Assembly: GCA_049974845.1 (NCBI GenBank)
Contig: JBNGCP010000006.1
Span: forward strand, 22,386 to 86,385
Length of the DNA: 64,000 bases
Source: Anaerolineae bacterium
Lineage (GTDB): Bacteria; Chloroflexota; Anaerolineae; B4-G1; SLSP01
Reading direction: 5' to 3'
This document shows, one piece after another, positions 46,250 through 56,699 of this stretch (positions are counted from its first letter, which is position 1; every line of letters begins with the position of its first letter). The notes under the pieces are model-generated. The model was not told the origin of the DNA. It saw only the letters and a list, made by a program, of their open reading frames with translations, and did no database searches. Made by a program: the position numbers and the translations under genes.

Positions 46250-49197
46250 TGAAATCCTGGATTCGACAGACCCTGACGGTAACCCGGAAGGAGCTGCGCG
46301 GCTACTTCGGGTCGCCCATGGCACTGATCTTCATCGGCACCTTCTTAGCGGCCACGCTCTTCTCCTTCTTCTGGGTCGAGACCTTCTTCGCGCGCGGCAT
46401 CGCCGACGTGCGCCCGCTCTTCCAGTGGATGCCGATCCTGATGATCTTCTTGGTGGCAGCCCTCACGATGCGGCAGTGGAGTGAGGAGGAGCGTTCGGGA
46501 ACGCTGGAGATTCTTCTGACGTTGCCTGTCTCCAAGACGCAACTCGTGTTGGGCAAGTTCCTGGCTGTCGTCGCGTTGGTCGCGGTCGCGCTTGGGTTGA
46601 CGATCTTTCTGCCCCTGACCGTCTCGCTGTTGGGCAACCTGGACTGGGGCCCCGTATTCGGTGGGTACCTGGCCGCGCTCTTGCTGGCTGGCGCCTATAC
46701 GGCCATCGGGCTCTTCATCTCCTCGCGCACTGACAATCAAATCGTGGCTCTGATCTCCACCGCGCTTCTATGCGGTCTCTTCTATCTGATCGGATCTCCA
46801 GGCGTCACCGACTTCTTCGGCAGTGAGGTCGGGGAGCTCTTGCGTGCCCTCGGTGCCGGCAGCCGCTTCGAATCGATCCAGCGTGGCGTTATCGATCTGC
46901 GGGACCTCGCGTATTACCTTACGCTTGCAGGGATCTTCCTGACGTTGAATGTGCTCTCGCTTAAGGCCAAGGGCTGGAGTGAAGGGGAGCAGACGCTGCC
47001 GAAGCGACGGAGCGTCGCGATCACCTCAGCGCTTCTGGCCGTGAACCTCGTGGTGGTCAACGTCTGGCTCTTCCCGCTGCGCCGGCTTCGCGTCGATCTG
47101 ACCGAGTATAACGAGTACACATTGTCATCGACGACACGCGAGCTGCTGAGCAACCTGCAGGAGCCACTGCTCATTCGGGGATACTTCAGTGAGAAGACAC
47201 ATCCTCTGCTGGCCCCCTTGGTGCCGCAGGTTCGCGACATGCTGCAGGAATATCGGGTCGCCTCTGGCGGAAAGGTGGAGCTTGAGATCATCGATCCAGC
47301 CGAGGATCCCGAGAAGGAGGCCGAGGCCTATCAGGTCTACGGCATCAGGCCGACGCCGTTCCAGGTCACCGGTCGTTACGAAGCATCGGTGATCAACTCC
47401 TACTTCGATATCCTGATTCAGTACGGCGACCAGAGCGCGACGCTCACCTTCAGCGATCTGATCGAGGTCGAGTCCACGAGCAGCGGGGGCGTCAACGTCC
47501 GCCTGCGGAACCTGGAGTACGACCTCACCAGCAATATCAAGAAGGTCGTCTACGGGTTCCAAAGTGCCGACGCGATCCTGGCCTCTCTTACAGAGCCACT
47601 GGAGGTCAAGGTTTATGTCACACCGGACACGTTACCCGAACAACTGGCTGCGGTGCCGGAAACCATTGAGACGGTGCTTCAGGACTTCGCGGACCGTTCT
47701 GGCGGCACCTTCACCTACGAGTTCGTGGACCCCGATGCTCCTGACAGTGGCATCACCCGTCAGGAGCTCTACGATCGCTACGGGTTGCAGCCGCTGATGA
47801 CCTCGCTCTTCTCCGACCAAACCTACTACCTCTATATGGTAATGGGATCGGGGGAACAGACACAGGTCATCTATCCTCAGGGTGAACTGACCGAAGCGGA
47901 TATACGCAGGGCTGTTGAATCCGCGCTCAAGCGCTCCTCTTCGGGTTTCCTGGAGGTCGTCGGGCTCTGGACGCCGCCAAGCACGACGATGGATGTCTAC
48001 GGTCAGCCGCAACAATCGCTCTCGTCATGGGAGCAGCTCCGTCAGACCCTGCAGCAGGAGTATGAGGTACGCGACATCGACCTCAGCACCGGCGGGGTCG
48101 CTGCGGACGTCGATGTGTTAGTGCTCATCGGCCCTGAGGATCTGGATGACAAAGCGCGCTACGCCGTGGATCAATACCTGATGCGTGGGGGCACCGTCAT
48201 CGTCGCCGCGGGCAACATGGCGATCAGCTACGATCAGATGACTGGCGGCTTGGGCGGTCGCGCCGTCGAGAACGGGCTGCAGGAGATGCTGGAGCATTAC
48301 GGCTTCACGGTCAAGGATGCGCTCGTGCTCGATAGACAGAACGAGCCCTTCCCCTTGCCGGTTGTCCGACAGGTAGGCAACTACCAGGTCCAGGAGATTC
48401 AGGCGCTGGATTACCCCATGTTTGTGGACGTCCGGTCTGACGGTATGGCTGAGGGCAACCCTATCGTCGCCGGTCTGACAGCCGTGACTCTCAACTGGGC
48501 GTCGCCCATCGAAGTCGACGTGGCGAAGAACGCGGACCGCGACGTGACCGTGCTGATGAAATCCTCGCCGGAATCGTGGCTCCGGGAGGACTTCAATATC
48601 CAGCCCGACTTCGAACTCTACCCCGAGACCGGATTTGCGCAGATAAGCGAGACCCGGCCCTATACGCTCGCGGTGGCCGTGCAGGGCTCTTTCGAGTCAT
48701 ACTTCAAGGATCAGCCATCGCCGCTAGAAGTCGCGGAGGAGGAAGTAGGCGAGGGTACACCTACACCAGAGCCGATCATCACAGCGGGCACCATCGAGCA
48801 GTCGCCCGAAACCGCCCGGCTCGTCATCATCTCCAGCCGAGAGTTCGTGGACGATGTCATCCTTGAGCTCTCTCAGACGATGAGCGGCAATCGCTACCTG
48901 AACAACCTCAAGCTGGTACAGAATGCCGTCGCCTGGGCTGTTGAGGACACGGATCTGCTCAGCATACGCAGCCGCGGCACCGAGTCTCGCGTCCTGATCC
49001 CATTGGAGGAGAGTGAGCAGTCTTTCTGGGAGGGCGCAAACTACGTCTTGGCGCTGCTCTCTGTCGTGGGGATCGCAGCCGTCAGCAGTGTGCGTCGACG
49101 CAACGAGATGCCCATCGAGCTGCTTCCGCCGGAGGAAGTGGGATACAAGCCCCGCTCCGCTAGAGCCAAGACAGCGCCCAAGGAGGTGGACGCATGA
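46246..49197 (+). CDS. Fused ABC-2 permease (GldF-like) and GldG-like large periplasmic protein
   Basis: It is 983 aa with an N-terminal 6-TM ABC-2 permease, a large extracytoplasmic region and a terminal TM helix. The start overlaps the ATPase stop (ATGATGA). Confidence 0.7.
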   Translation: MMKSWIRQTLTVTRKELRGYFGSPMALIFIGTFLAATLFSFFWVETFFARGIADVRPLFQWMPILMIFLVAALTMRQWSEEERSGTLEILLTLPVSKTQLVLGKFLAVVALVAVALGLTIFLPLTVSLLGNLDWGPVFGGYLAALLLAGAYTAIGLFISSRTDNQIVALISTALLCGLFYLIGSPGVTDFFGSEVGELLRALGAGSRFESIQRGVIDLRDLAYYLTLAGIFLTLNVLSLKAKGWSEGEQTLPKRRSVAITSALLAVNLVVVNVWLFPLRRLRVDLTEYNEYTLSSTTRELLSNLQEPLLIRGYFSEKTHPLLAPLVPQVRDMLQEYRVASGGKVELEIIDPAEDPEKEAEAYQVYGIRPTPFQVTGRYEASVINSYFDILIQYGDQSATLTFSDLIEVESTSSGGVNVRLRNLEYDLTSNIKKVVYGFQSADAILASLTEPLEVKVYVTPDTLPEQLAAVPETIETVLQDFADRSGGTFTYEFVDPDAPDSGITRQELYDRYGLQPLMTSLFSDQTYYLYMVMGSGEQTQVIYPQGELTEADIRRAVESALKRSSSGFLEVVGLWTPPSTTMDVYGQPQQSLSSWEQLRQTLQQEYEVRDIDLSTGGVAADVDVLVLIGPEDLDDKARYAVDQYLMRGGTVIVAAGNMAISYDQMTGGLGGRAVENGLQEMLEHYGFTVKDALVLDRQNEPFPLPVVRQVGNYQVQEIQALDYPMFVDVRSDGMAEGNPIVAGLTAVTLNWASPIEVDVAKNADRDVTVLMKSSPESWLREDFNIQPDFELYPETGFAQISETRPYTLAVAVQGSFESYFKDQPSPLEVAEEEVGEGTPTPEPIITAGTIEQSPETARLVIISSREFVDDVILELSQTMSGNRYLNNLKLVQNAVAWAVEDTDLLSIRSRGTESRVLIPLEESEQSFWEGANYVLALLSVVGIAAVSSVRRRNEMPIELLPPEEVGYKPRSARAKTAPKEVDA

Positions 49198-50171
49198 ACC
49201 GTCATCAACAGATCCTATTAGGCGCTTTGGTCGTCCAGGTGATCCTGAGCATGGTTATGTTATGGCCCCGACAGGTCACCTCGGAGACAGGCGAGCCTGT
49301 CTTCCCGGACCTCAGCGCCGAGGACATCATCGCACTGACGATCGTGGACAACCAGGGTCAGGAAATCGCCCTTCGGAAGGTGGATGATACGTGGGTGCTC
49401 CCCGAGGGGGGAGACTACCCGGCCAAAGAAGAGTCGATTACCCCGGTGTTGGAGAAGCTGACCGCGCTCTCCACATCGACGTTGGTGGCACGCACCGACG
49501 CCAGCCACATCCAGCTTCAGGTTGACAGCAGCAACTTCCAGCGACGTCTGGACTTTGAGACTGCGGGCGGCGACACCTATACCATCTATCTGGGATCGGC
49601 GCCGCGTTACACCGCGACGCATTTCCGGGTTGCAGGCCAGTCCGAGACCTATCTGACGACAGAGCTCTCGAGCTGGGAGGTCACCACCCAGCCAAACAGC
49701 TGGGTGGACACGGTCTACACGAGCATCGATCAGGAGACCCTCACCAGCGTAAGCCTTGAGAACGCCAACGGCACCTTCACCTTTGTGAAAGATGGCGAAG
49801 ACTGGACGCTGGCCGATCTTGAGGATGACGAGACCATTGCAGCGGGCAAAATCAACGCCATCGTGCGAAACGCCAGTAGTCTCTCTCTGCAGGCTCCACT
49901 GGGTAAGGAGGAGGAACCCGGCTACGGCATGGATGCGCCAAACGCTGTGGTCACCCTGGAGACGGAGGATGGGGGCACCCACATCCTCAAAGTGGGCGCC
50001 CTCGACGAGGAGAACAACGGCTACATCGTCAAGTACTCCGACTCGCCCTACTATGTGCGCGTCGCGCAGTACAACGTCAGCGCCATGGTCGAGAATAGCC
50101 GTGAGGACTTCCTCACCGTGGAGCCCACACCAACGCCTGAAGGAGCCGAGGCACCGGGCGACACGCCCTAA
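49194..50171 (+). CDS. DUF4340-domain protein (GldG-system partner)
   Basis: It has an N-terminal TM anchor. It follows a GldG-like gene, which is the conserved arrangement. Confidence 0.55.
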   Translation: MNRHQQILLGALVVQVILSMVMLWPRQVTSETGEPVFPDLSAEDIIALTIVDNQGQEIALRKVDDTWVLPEGGDYPAKEESITPVLEKLTALSTSTLVARTDASHIQLQVDSSNFQRRLDFETAGGDTYTIYLGSAPRYTATHFRVAGQSETYLTTELSSWEVTTQPNSWVDTVYTSIDQETLTSVSLENANGTFTFVKDGEDWTLADLEDDETIAAGKINAIVRNASSLSLQAPLGKEEEPGYGMDAPNAVVTLETEDGGTHILKVGALDEENNGYIVKYSDSPYYVRVAQYNVSAMVENSREDFLTVEPTPTPEGAEAPGDTP

Positions 50172-50187
50172 TCGAACATCGCAAAAC

Positions 50188-50209
50188 GGCCCCCTCCGCG
50201 GAGGGGGCC
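50188..50209. terminator. Bidirectional intrinsic terminator between convergent genes (ggccccctccgcggagggggcc)
   Basis: A 22-nt perfect GC-rich palindrome is flanked by A-rich (caaaac) and T-rich (gcttta) tracts. It lies between the DUF4340 stop (50171) and the malQ stop (50227). Confidence 0.65.
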
Positions 50210-50226
50210 GCTTTATGGCTGGTGCG

Positions 50227-51753
50227 TCACATCCACGTCGGGCGTTCCTGCGCCTCCTCAGGCTCCTTCCGCCCATACGTGAGGGCCATCTCGTTGAGCT
50301 TCTCGATATGCTCCGGCCTGATATCCTCTGTCTTGAAGCGCCACGTCCAATTGTCGCCGAACTTGCCCGGTGTGTTCATCCGGCCCTCGGTACCCAATCC
50401 CAGGACATCCTGCAAGGGCACAATCGCGAGATCCGCGACGGACCGGTAAGCGAGTCGCATCAGAGCCCAGTTGATGGGTTCGTCAGTTGGACCGAGATAG
50501 CGGTGGCAAGCCTCTAGCTCCTCCTTTTCACGGCTCTCGTACCATCCCACGGTGGTATCGTTATCGTGGGTTCCCGTATAGATGACGGAATTATGCTCGA
50601 CGTTGTGCGGGAGATAGGGGTTGCCCGCGTCGGTGGCGAAGGCAAAGTGCAACACGTTCATCCCCGGGAAATCAAACCGGTCGCGTAGCTCGAAAACATC
50701 CTCCGTGATGTGTCCCAGATCCTCGGCGATGATCGGAAGCTCGCCCAAGGCGGCCCGAACCGCCTCGAAGAACGGCGCGCCGGGACCTTTCTCCCACTCT
50801 CCGTTGATCGCTGTGTCCTCGTCCGCGGGGACAGCCCAGTAAGCGGCGAATCCTCGGAAGTGGTCCAGGCGGACAATGTCCACCGTAGTGAGGATCTGCT
50901 CGAAGCGCCGTGTCCACCAGCGATAGTCGTTCTCCTCAACGACGTCCCAGCGGTAGAGGGGGTTCCCCCACAACTGGCCCGTTGCGCTGAAGTAGTCAGG
51001 CGGAACGCCTGCCACCTTCGTCGGAGCTAGATCGTCATCCAGATAGAAAAGCTCGGGATGCGCCCAGACGTCCACGCTATCGTAGGCCACGAAGATCGGA
51101 ATATCACCCACGATCTGGATGCCGTTCTCGTTAGCAGCCTGCTTGAGCCCCTCCCACTGCCGGAAGAACTGGAACTGGTAATAGCATTGAGCAAAGACGA
51201 CATCGTCCAGCCGCTGACGCCACGCCTGCAGGACCTCTGGGTCACGCTTGACTAATCCGGGCTCCCAGGTGTTCCAAACGGCCCCGCCATGGGCCTCCTT
51301 TAGCGCCATAAAGAGGGCAAAGTCCTCAAGCCAATCACTGTTCTCTTCGCAGAAATAGTTGAAAGCCGCGCGCCGGTCGCCATGCTCGGACGTCCGAAAC
51401 GTTCTGGCGGCTTGTTGAAGCATCGCGGTTTTGAAGGAGATGACCGCGCCAAAGTCGACCTTCTCCTCAGGGAAATCCGGCGCCAAGGCCAGCTCTCGCC
51501 GGTCGAGATCGCCCTCGTCCGCTAGCTTTGCGAGGTCGATCAACATTGGATTGCCCGCAAGCGCGGAGAAGCACGCATAGGGAGAGTCGCCGTAACCCGT
51601 AGGGCCCAAAGGCAGGATCTGCCACAACGATTGCCCGCTCTCGACCAACATATCCACAAATTCATAAGCATGGGGTCCGATCTCACCGATACCAAAGCCA
51701 CCGGGCAGCGATGTGGGATGCAACAGGATGCCGGCTGAACGTGGGAAACGCAT
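50227..51753 (-). CDS. malQ: 4-alpha-glucanotransferase (amylomaltase)
   Basis: The real start is ATG 51753 (MRFPRSAGILLHPTSLPGGFGIGEIG…). The 662-aa track ORF includes a non-coding N-terminal extension. The protein has GH77 features. Confidence 0.85.
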   Translation of the reverse strand: MRFPRSAGILLHPTSLPGGFGIGEIGPHAYEFVDMLVESGQSLWQILPLGPTGYGDSPYACFSALAGNPMLIDLAKLADEGDLDRRELALAPDFPEEKVDFGAVISFKTAMLQQAARTFRTSEHGDRRAAFNYFCEENSDWLEDFALFMALKEAHGGAVWNTWEPGLVKRDPEVLQAWRQRLDDVVFAQCYYQFQFFRQWEGLKQAANENGIQIVGDIPIFVAYDSVDVWAHPELFYLDDDLAPTKVAGVPPDYFSATGQLWGNPLYRWDVVEENDYRWWTRRFEQILTTVDIVRLDHFRGFAAYWAVPADEDTAINGEWEKGPGAPFFEAVRAALGELPIIAEDLGHITEDVFELRDRFDFPGMNVLHFAFATDAGNPYLPHNVEHNSVIYTGTHDNDTTVGWYESREKEELEACHRYLGPTDEPINWALMRLAYRSVADLAIVPLQDVLGLGTEGRMNTPGKFGDNWTWRFKTEDIRPEHIEKLNEMALTYGRKEPEEAQERPTWM

Positions 51754-51910
51754 GGGCCCTCCCTTCGAGCTACTCAGAGTTGGGCTTACTATACTCTCTA
51801 TGCCTAGGAAGCACAAGAGACATGCAACCGTGAGGCCTGATCTGCGCCTGCTCCCTATGCCGACCGGGGAGCGCTGACAAGCTCCCCGGTCGTAAGATCC
51901 TGCCTCGGCA

Positions 51911-53014
51911 CTATGCGTCGACGTTGATCTCGACTTCGCGTCCAGTCTCCTGACTTCGGTAAATCCCGTCCAGAATCGTCTGCACGTAGAGCGATTCCTC
52001 GGCCGGAACCGGCGACGGCAAGCCCTCCGCAACGGCCCGGGCGAACTCGACGCACTCCAACGCGTGAGGCTCCATCGGATCCCGCGTGAGCTGCAATGTG
52101 CGGTTATAGAGCTGCCGCGTCTCGTAGTTATTGGAGAGGAACTTGGCGTCGGGCCATTCGCAGCCACCCTGCGTCCCGTACAGCCAGATCTTGGCGGCTT
52201 CGCCATCGACGTCATGGTGCAGCAACCAACTCACCTCGAGCACCAGCGTCGCCCCGGTATCGAAGCGCACAAAGGCCGCGGCGAAATCCTCCACGTCCAT
52301 ATCCTCCGGCACCAACGTCTGGCCCCACGCCGAGAAAGCCCCCGGATGATGAGCCAGCGCCGCTTTGGCGACGCCGCTGACCGCAATGGGCTTCGGATGC
52401 CCCATCAACCACAGAGTGAGATCCAGGATGTGCACCCCGATATCGATCGTCGGACCGCCCCCGCTATGCTCTTTGTAGACAAACGTGGGACGGACAGGCA
52501 ACCCACTTCGGCGTAGCATCCAGCTCCGCACGTGATAGACGTCGCCGAGCGCCCCCTGATCAATCTCCTCCTTGACGGCTTGCGACACGCCACGAAAACG
52601 GAAATGCTGCGCCGTCATCAAGAGCTTACCGGAGCGATCCCTGGCTTCGATCATCTTGCGGATGTCCGCGGGTGTCGGCGCCAGGGGCTTCTCACAGATC
52701 ACGTGCTTACCGGCATCCAGCGCGGCGACCACCTGCTCGGTATGGTACATATTCGGGGTACAGACATCGACAATATCGATCTCGGGATCCTCGATCAACT
52801 CCAGCGGATCGGTGGTGAGCTTGGACACGCCATAGGTGCCGCCCCACTCCGGCAATATCTTGGGATCAATATCGCATCCGGCTGTGATTTCCGTATACTC
52901 CGACGCGATCCAACCGGGAATATGCGTGCGGGCGATGCCACCGAGCCCGATGATGCCGACGTTCAGTTTCTCAGACACACTTGACCTCCGTTTGCTTGAT
53001 TGAGATTTGGCCAT
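51911..53014 (-). CDS. Gfo/Idh/MocA-family NAD(P)-dependent oxidoreductase
   Basis: It has a Rossmann motif (VGIIGLGGIARTH) and the EKP motif (ICEKPLA). Confidence 0.8.
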   Translation of the reverse strand: MAKSQSSKRRSSVSEKLNVGIIGLGGIARTHIPGWIASEYTEITAGCDIDPKILPEWGGTYGVSKLTTDPLELIEDPEIDIVDVCTPNMYHTEQVVAALDAGKHVICEKPLAPTPADIRKMIEARDRSGKLLMTAQHFRFRGVSQAVKEEIDQGALGDVYHVRSWMLRRSGLPVRPTFVYKEHSGGGPTIDIGVHILDLTLWLMGHPKPIAVSGVAKAALAHHPGAFSAWGQTLVPEDMDVEDFAAAFVRFDTGATLVLEVSWLLHHDVDGEAAKIWLYGTQGGCEWPDAKFLSNNYETRQLYNRTLQLTRDPMEPHALECVEFARAVAEGLPSPVPAEESLYVQTILDGIYRSQETGREVEINVDA

Positions 53015-53161
53015 TCGCTACGTACCTGACGACGCACCCAGTTTACGCGGGGTCCGAAGGGGAGCAAGTGCCCAGGATGCTTAGGGGGGCACGGTGTTGC
53101 CGATAGGCACCGGTAGGCTAGAATAGATGCGCTGAGCATAGCTCACTGAGAGGGGGAAACC

Positions 53162-53968
53162 ATGATCAGCTTTCTAGAGCAGTTCCCGGTGATTGTACAA
53201 GCGCTCCTCGCCACGTCCTTTACGTGGTTTGTGACGGCGGTGGGCGCTTCGGCGGTCTTCATGACCAAGGAGATCGACCGTCGCATTCTGGATCTCATGT
53301 TGGGTTTCGCAGGGGGCGTGATGATTGCCGCCAGCTTCTGGTCTCTGCTGGCGCCGGCGCTGGAGATGTCGACGGAGAGCGCGCTGCCCCAATGGGTGCC
53401 GGTCGCGATCGGGTTTTTGCTCGGTGGCGCATTCCTGAGACTTCTAGATCGTATCCTGCCGCACCTGCATGTCGCCGAGGATCAGCCGGAGGGCCTGAAG
53501 GTCACCTGGCAACGCATCACGCTCTTGGTCTTGGCGATCACGCTGCATAACATCCCCGAAGGGCTCGCGGTCGGCGTGGCGTTTGGTGCCGCAGGCGCGG
53601 GGATCCCCGGCGCCTCAATCGCAGGTGGCCTGGCCCTGGCGTTGGGGATTGGCATACAGAATTTCCCTGAAGGGCTCGCGGTGGCGATGCCGTTACGGAC
53701 CAGCGCTGTGTCACCCCTGAAGAGCTTCTGGTACGGTCAGCTCTCGGCGATCGTAGAGCCAATCGCCGGCGTGCTCGGCGCGGCGGCGGTCCTGCTTGTT
53801 CGGCCAATCTTGCCGTACGCCATGGCGTTCGCGGCCGGCGCGATGATCTTCGTCGTGGTGGAGGACCTCATCCCAGAAGCGCACGCCGAAGGCAACGTGG
53901 ACCTGGCGACCTTGGGCGTGATGTTGGGGTTTACCGTGATGATGATCCTCGACGTGGCCCTGGGTTAG
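53162..53968 (+). CDS. ZIP-family divalent metal (zinc) transporter
   Basis: It has the motif HNIPEGLAVGVAF twice (FPEGLAVAMP). Confidence 0.8.
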   Translation: MISFLEQFPVIVQALLATSFTWFVTAVGASAVFMTKEIDRRILDLMLGFAGGVMIAASFWSLLAPALEMSTESALPQWVPVAIGFLLGGAFLRLLDRILPHLHVAEDQPEGLKVTWQRITLLVLAITLHNIPEGLAVGVAFGAAGAGIPGASIAGGLALALGIGIQNFPEGLAVAMPLRTSAVSPLKSFWYGQLSAIVEPIAGVLGAAAVLLVRPILPYAMAFAAGAMIFVVVEDLIPEAHAEGNVDLATLGVMLGFTVMMILDVALG

Positions 53969-53998
53969 GCGGGATACCGATAGCGGAATCGAGGCGTT

Positions 53999-54682
53999 AT
54001 GGCGGAGAGAATCCTTGTGGTAGACGATGAAGTGCAGATCGTGCGGGTGGTGCGCGGCTATTTGGAGCAAGCAGGCTATCAGGTCGCAACGGCCAGCAAC
54101 GGCCAAGAGGCCCTCTTTATCGCGCGCGAGCGCAAGCCCGCGCTGATTATCTTGGACCTGCAGATGCCGAAGATGGACGGGCTGGAGTTCACACGACGCA
54201 TCCGCGCGGAGCAGCCCGATGTGGCCATCATCATGCTGACGGCCCGTGTGGAGGAGATGGACCGCATCCTAGGGCTGGAACTCGGTGCCGATGACTATGT
54301 GACCAAGCCTTTCAGCCCCCGAGAGCTTGTTGCCCGGGTGCGCGCCGTGTTGCGCCGCACGCAGAGCGAACCCTCCTCCCCCGAGGTCCTTGAGGCGAGA
54401 GGCTTGGTGCTCGACAGGGGGCGACGCGAGGTCCGTAAGAACGACGAGGTGATCGATCTGACTCCCACGGAGTTCGATCTGCTCGCCGTCCTGATGAGCG
54501 CACCAGGCCGCGCCTACTCGCGGTCGGAGCTCCTGGAAGAGATCCAGGGCGTCGCCTTCGAGGCCTACGAACGGACCATCGATGTCCACATTAAGAATCT
54601 GCGCCAGAAGATCGAGGAAGATCCCGCCGATCCACAGTATATCGGCACCGTTCGGAGCGTTGGTTACCGTTTCGAGGATTAG
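53999..54682 (+). CDS. OmpR-family response regulator
   Basis: It has a receiver domain (ILVVDDE…LDLQMPKMDG) and a winged-helix C-terminus (YIGTVRSVGYRF). Confidence 0.85.
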   Translation: MAERILVVDDEVQIVRVVRGYLEQAGYQVATASNGQEALFIARERKPALIILDLQMPKMDGLEFTRRIRAEQPDVAIIMLTARVEEMDRILGLELGADDYVTKPFSPRELVARVRAVLRRTQSEPSSPEVLEARGLVLDRGRREVRKNDEVIDLTPTEFDLLAVLMSAPGRAYSRSELLEEIQGVAFEAYERTIDVHIKNLRQKIEEDPADPQYIGTVRSVGYRFED

Positions 54683-54703
54683 GCGCTTGAGGCAGCGCGT
54701 GCT

Positions 54704-56116
54704 ATGAACCTCTATCAAAAGGGGCTGCTGGCCTTCGCCAGCGTTATCCTCATCGCGATTGCGACGGTCGCGGTCGTGGTAGGGCACCAGACGGAGACGG
54801 CCTTCCGTCGCTACGCCATGCTCTACAGCGGCCGAACCCAGATGCTGGCGGAGGCATTGGTCGCCTACTATGAGCAGCAGGGAAGCTGGGAGGGTGTCCA
54901 AGCGGCGCTCCCGCAGTTGGCCGTGCCGGGGCAGGGACAGGGACGGCACGGCGCCCCCGAGAGTGCTGGCGACGGGGAGATCAACTATAGAGTCGCCGAT
55001 GCACAGCGGCGCGTCGTTGCACGCACCGAGGGATCGCCGGAGGGAGAGCTAAGCCCCTCGGAAGCCAGTGCCGCCCTGCATCTAAGCCTCGCGGGTGAGA
55101 CCATCGGCTATCTGATGCTTGAGACACAGGGCGCCATGACCGCTTCCCTGGACGCCCCGGCTGTTGAATTCCTCTCAAGGTTGCGCTGGGCCCTGGCCTT
55201 GGGCGGCGGTGTGGCCTTTCTCGCCGCCCTGCTCTTGGCCGGGCTGTTGACGCGCAGCATCGTAGCCCCGGTGCGGACGCTGAGCCAGACCGCGGAGACC
55301 ATCGCGGAGGGCCACTTCGACGCCCGAGCGGTCGTCAGCGGTGAGGACGAGATCGCACAGCTTGCCGCGACCTTCAATCAGATGGCCGCTAGCCTGGAAC
55401 GCGCGGAAGCGGCGCGGCGTGCTCAGACAGCAGACATCGCGCACGAGCTTCGTAACCCGCTCGCCGTGCTGCAAAGCACGCTGGAGGCCCTCGCCGACGG
55501 GATCGCTCCGCCTACACCCGATAACATCGAACCGGCCTTGGATCAGGTTAAGACCCTCAACCGGTTGGTCGAGGATCTGCGGACCCTGGCGCTGGCCGAC
55601 GCCGGTCAGCTCAAGCTCGACCGGCAGCCCGTCGATATGCACCAGCTTATCGGGCGCGTGATCGACGCCCACAAAGACACCTTCAGAGCACAGCATCTGA
55701 CTCTAACCCTTGTCACAGAGGCAACCGGGCCCACGCCGAACGTCGTGGAGTCAGCAGAGGCCGCACCGGTGGTCCCCGCCGATTACGCGCGCCTGACACA
55801 GGTGCTTAACGACATTCTCAGCAACGCTGTGCGTTACGTCCCAGCTGGCGGGCAGGTGCGCATCTCCGTTGAAGCCCAGGCCGATGGCGTCGTCGTCTGT
55901 GTGGCCGACGACGGTCCGGGCATTCCGGAGGCGGCCCTTCCACGGCTCTTCGAGCGCTTCTGGCGCGGGGAGCCCTCCCGCAGCCGCGTCACCGGCGGCT
56001 CAGGATTGGGCCTGGCTATCGCCGATCAGATTATCCAAGCTCACCACGGCCGGATCTGGGGCGAGCCCACGCCGGGCGGCGGATTGACGATCTGTTTCTG
56101 GCTACCCGAGAAGTAA
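54704..56116 (+). CDS. Sensor histidine kinase (TM-HAMP-HisKA-HATPase)
   Basis: It has an H-box (IAHELRNPL), an N-box, and G1/G2 motifs (DDGPGIP, GGSGLGLAI). Confidence 0.85.
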   Translation: MNLYQKGLLAFASVILIAIATVAVVVGHQTETAFRRYAMLYSGRTQMLAEALVAYYEQQGSWEGVQAALPQLAVPGQGQGRHGAPESAGDGEINYRVADAQRRVVARTEGSPEGELSPSEASAALHLSLAGETIGYLMLETQGAMTASLDAPAVEFLSRLRWALALGGGVAFLAALLLAGLLTRSIVAPVRTLSQTAETIAEGHFDARAVVSGEDEIAQLAATFNQMAASLERAEAARRAQTADIAHELRNPLAVLQSTLEALADGIAPPTPDNIEPALDQVKTLNRLVEDLRTLALADAGQLKLDRQPVDMHQLIGRVIDAHKDTFRAQHLTLTLVTEATGPTPNVVESAEAAPVVPADYARLTQVLNDILSNAVRYVPAGGQVRISVEAQADGVVVCVADDGPGIPEAALPRLFERFWRGEPSRSRVTGGSGLGLAIADQIIQAHHGRIWGEPTPGGGLTICFWLPEK

Positions 56117-56307
56117 CGGCGCCCACCCCTTAGGCGCGACGAGCCGGGCGAGGCCTTACAACCGGGCTCGTCCTTTATCATCCCCACATCGTTTCTTCAT
56201 CGGATCTTCATACACGAGCGGTATGATCCACACGTGATCGGAAAGCACCACGGCTGGCGCGTAAGGTGCCTTCGACGAATAAGATTTTGCAGATTGGGAG
56301 AAGATAG

Positions 56308-56646
56308 ATGAACAAAACGCAGTTGAACTACTGGCTTGACATCGTGATTGGCCTGGCTTTTGTCCTGGCCGCCAGCACCGGTCTCGCATTCCTCTTTATG
56401 GGAAGCGGCGGATATCAGGGAGGGCGAAACCTCAGCTATCAGGCTGCGTTTCTGGGCCTCTCCCGCGACGTGTGGAAAGATCTCCACACCCTCAGCAGCC
56501 TGGTGATGACGGCCGGTGTGGGGCTGCACCTCGTGTTTCATGCGAATTGGATTGTTTGTGTCACCAAGCGTATGGTGGCCCGGATGCGAGCGCGAAAGCC
56601 GACAGCGCCCCGGGCCTTCCCTGCGAAAGCAGGAAGAAACCTGTGA
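56308..56646 (+). CDS. DUF4405-like small membrane protein
   Basis: It is 112 aa with MNKTQLNYWLDIVIGLAFVLAASTGLAFLF and a second TM helix. Confidence 0.5.
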   Translation: MNKTQLNYWLDIVIGLAFVLAASTGLAFLFMGSGGYQGGRNLSYQAAFLGLSRDVWKDLHTLSSLVMTAGVGLHLVFHANWIVCVTKRMVARMRARKPTAPRAFPAKAGRNL

Positions 56647-56699
56647 TATCGCCGCGTAAAGGGCGGGTCACATTCCTCATCTGAAAGAAAGAGACTGAG

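Noticed and set aside
50227-52215. malQ as a 662-aa protein
   Set aside because: The N-terminal 154 residues of the track ORF are low-complexity, Ser/Arg/Gly-rich and non-homologous. Homology begins at Met155 (MRFPRSAGILLHP), so the gene was trimmed to 50227..51753.
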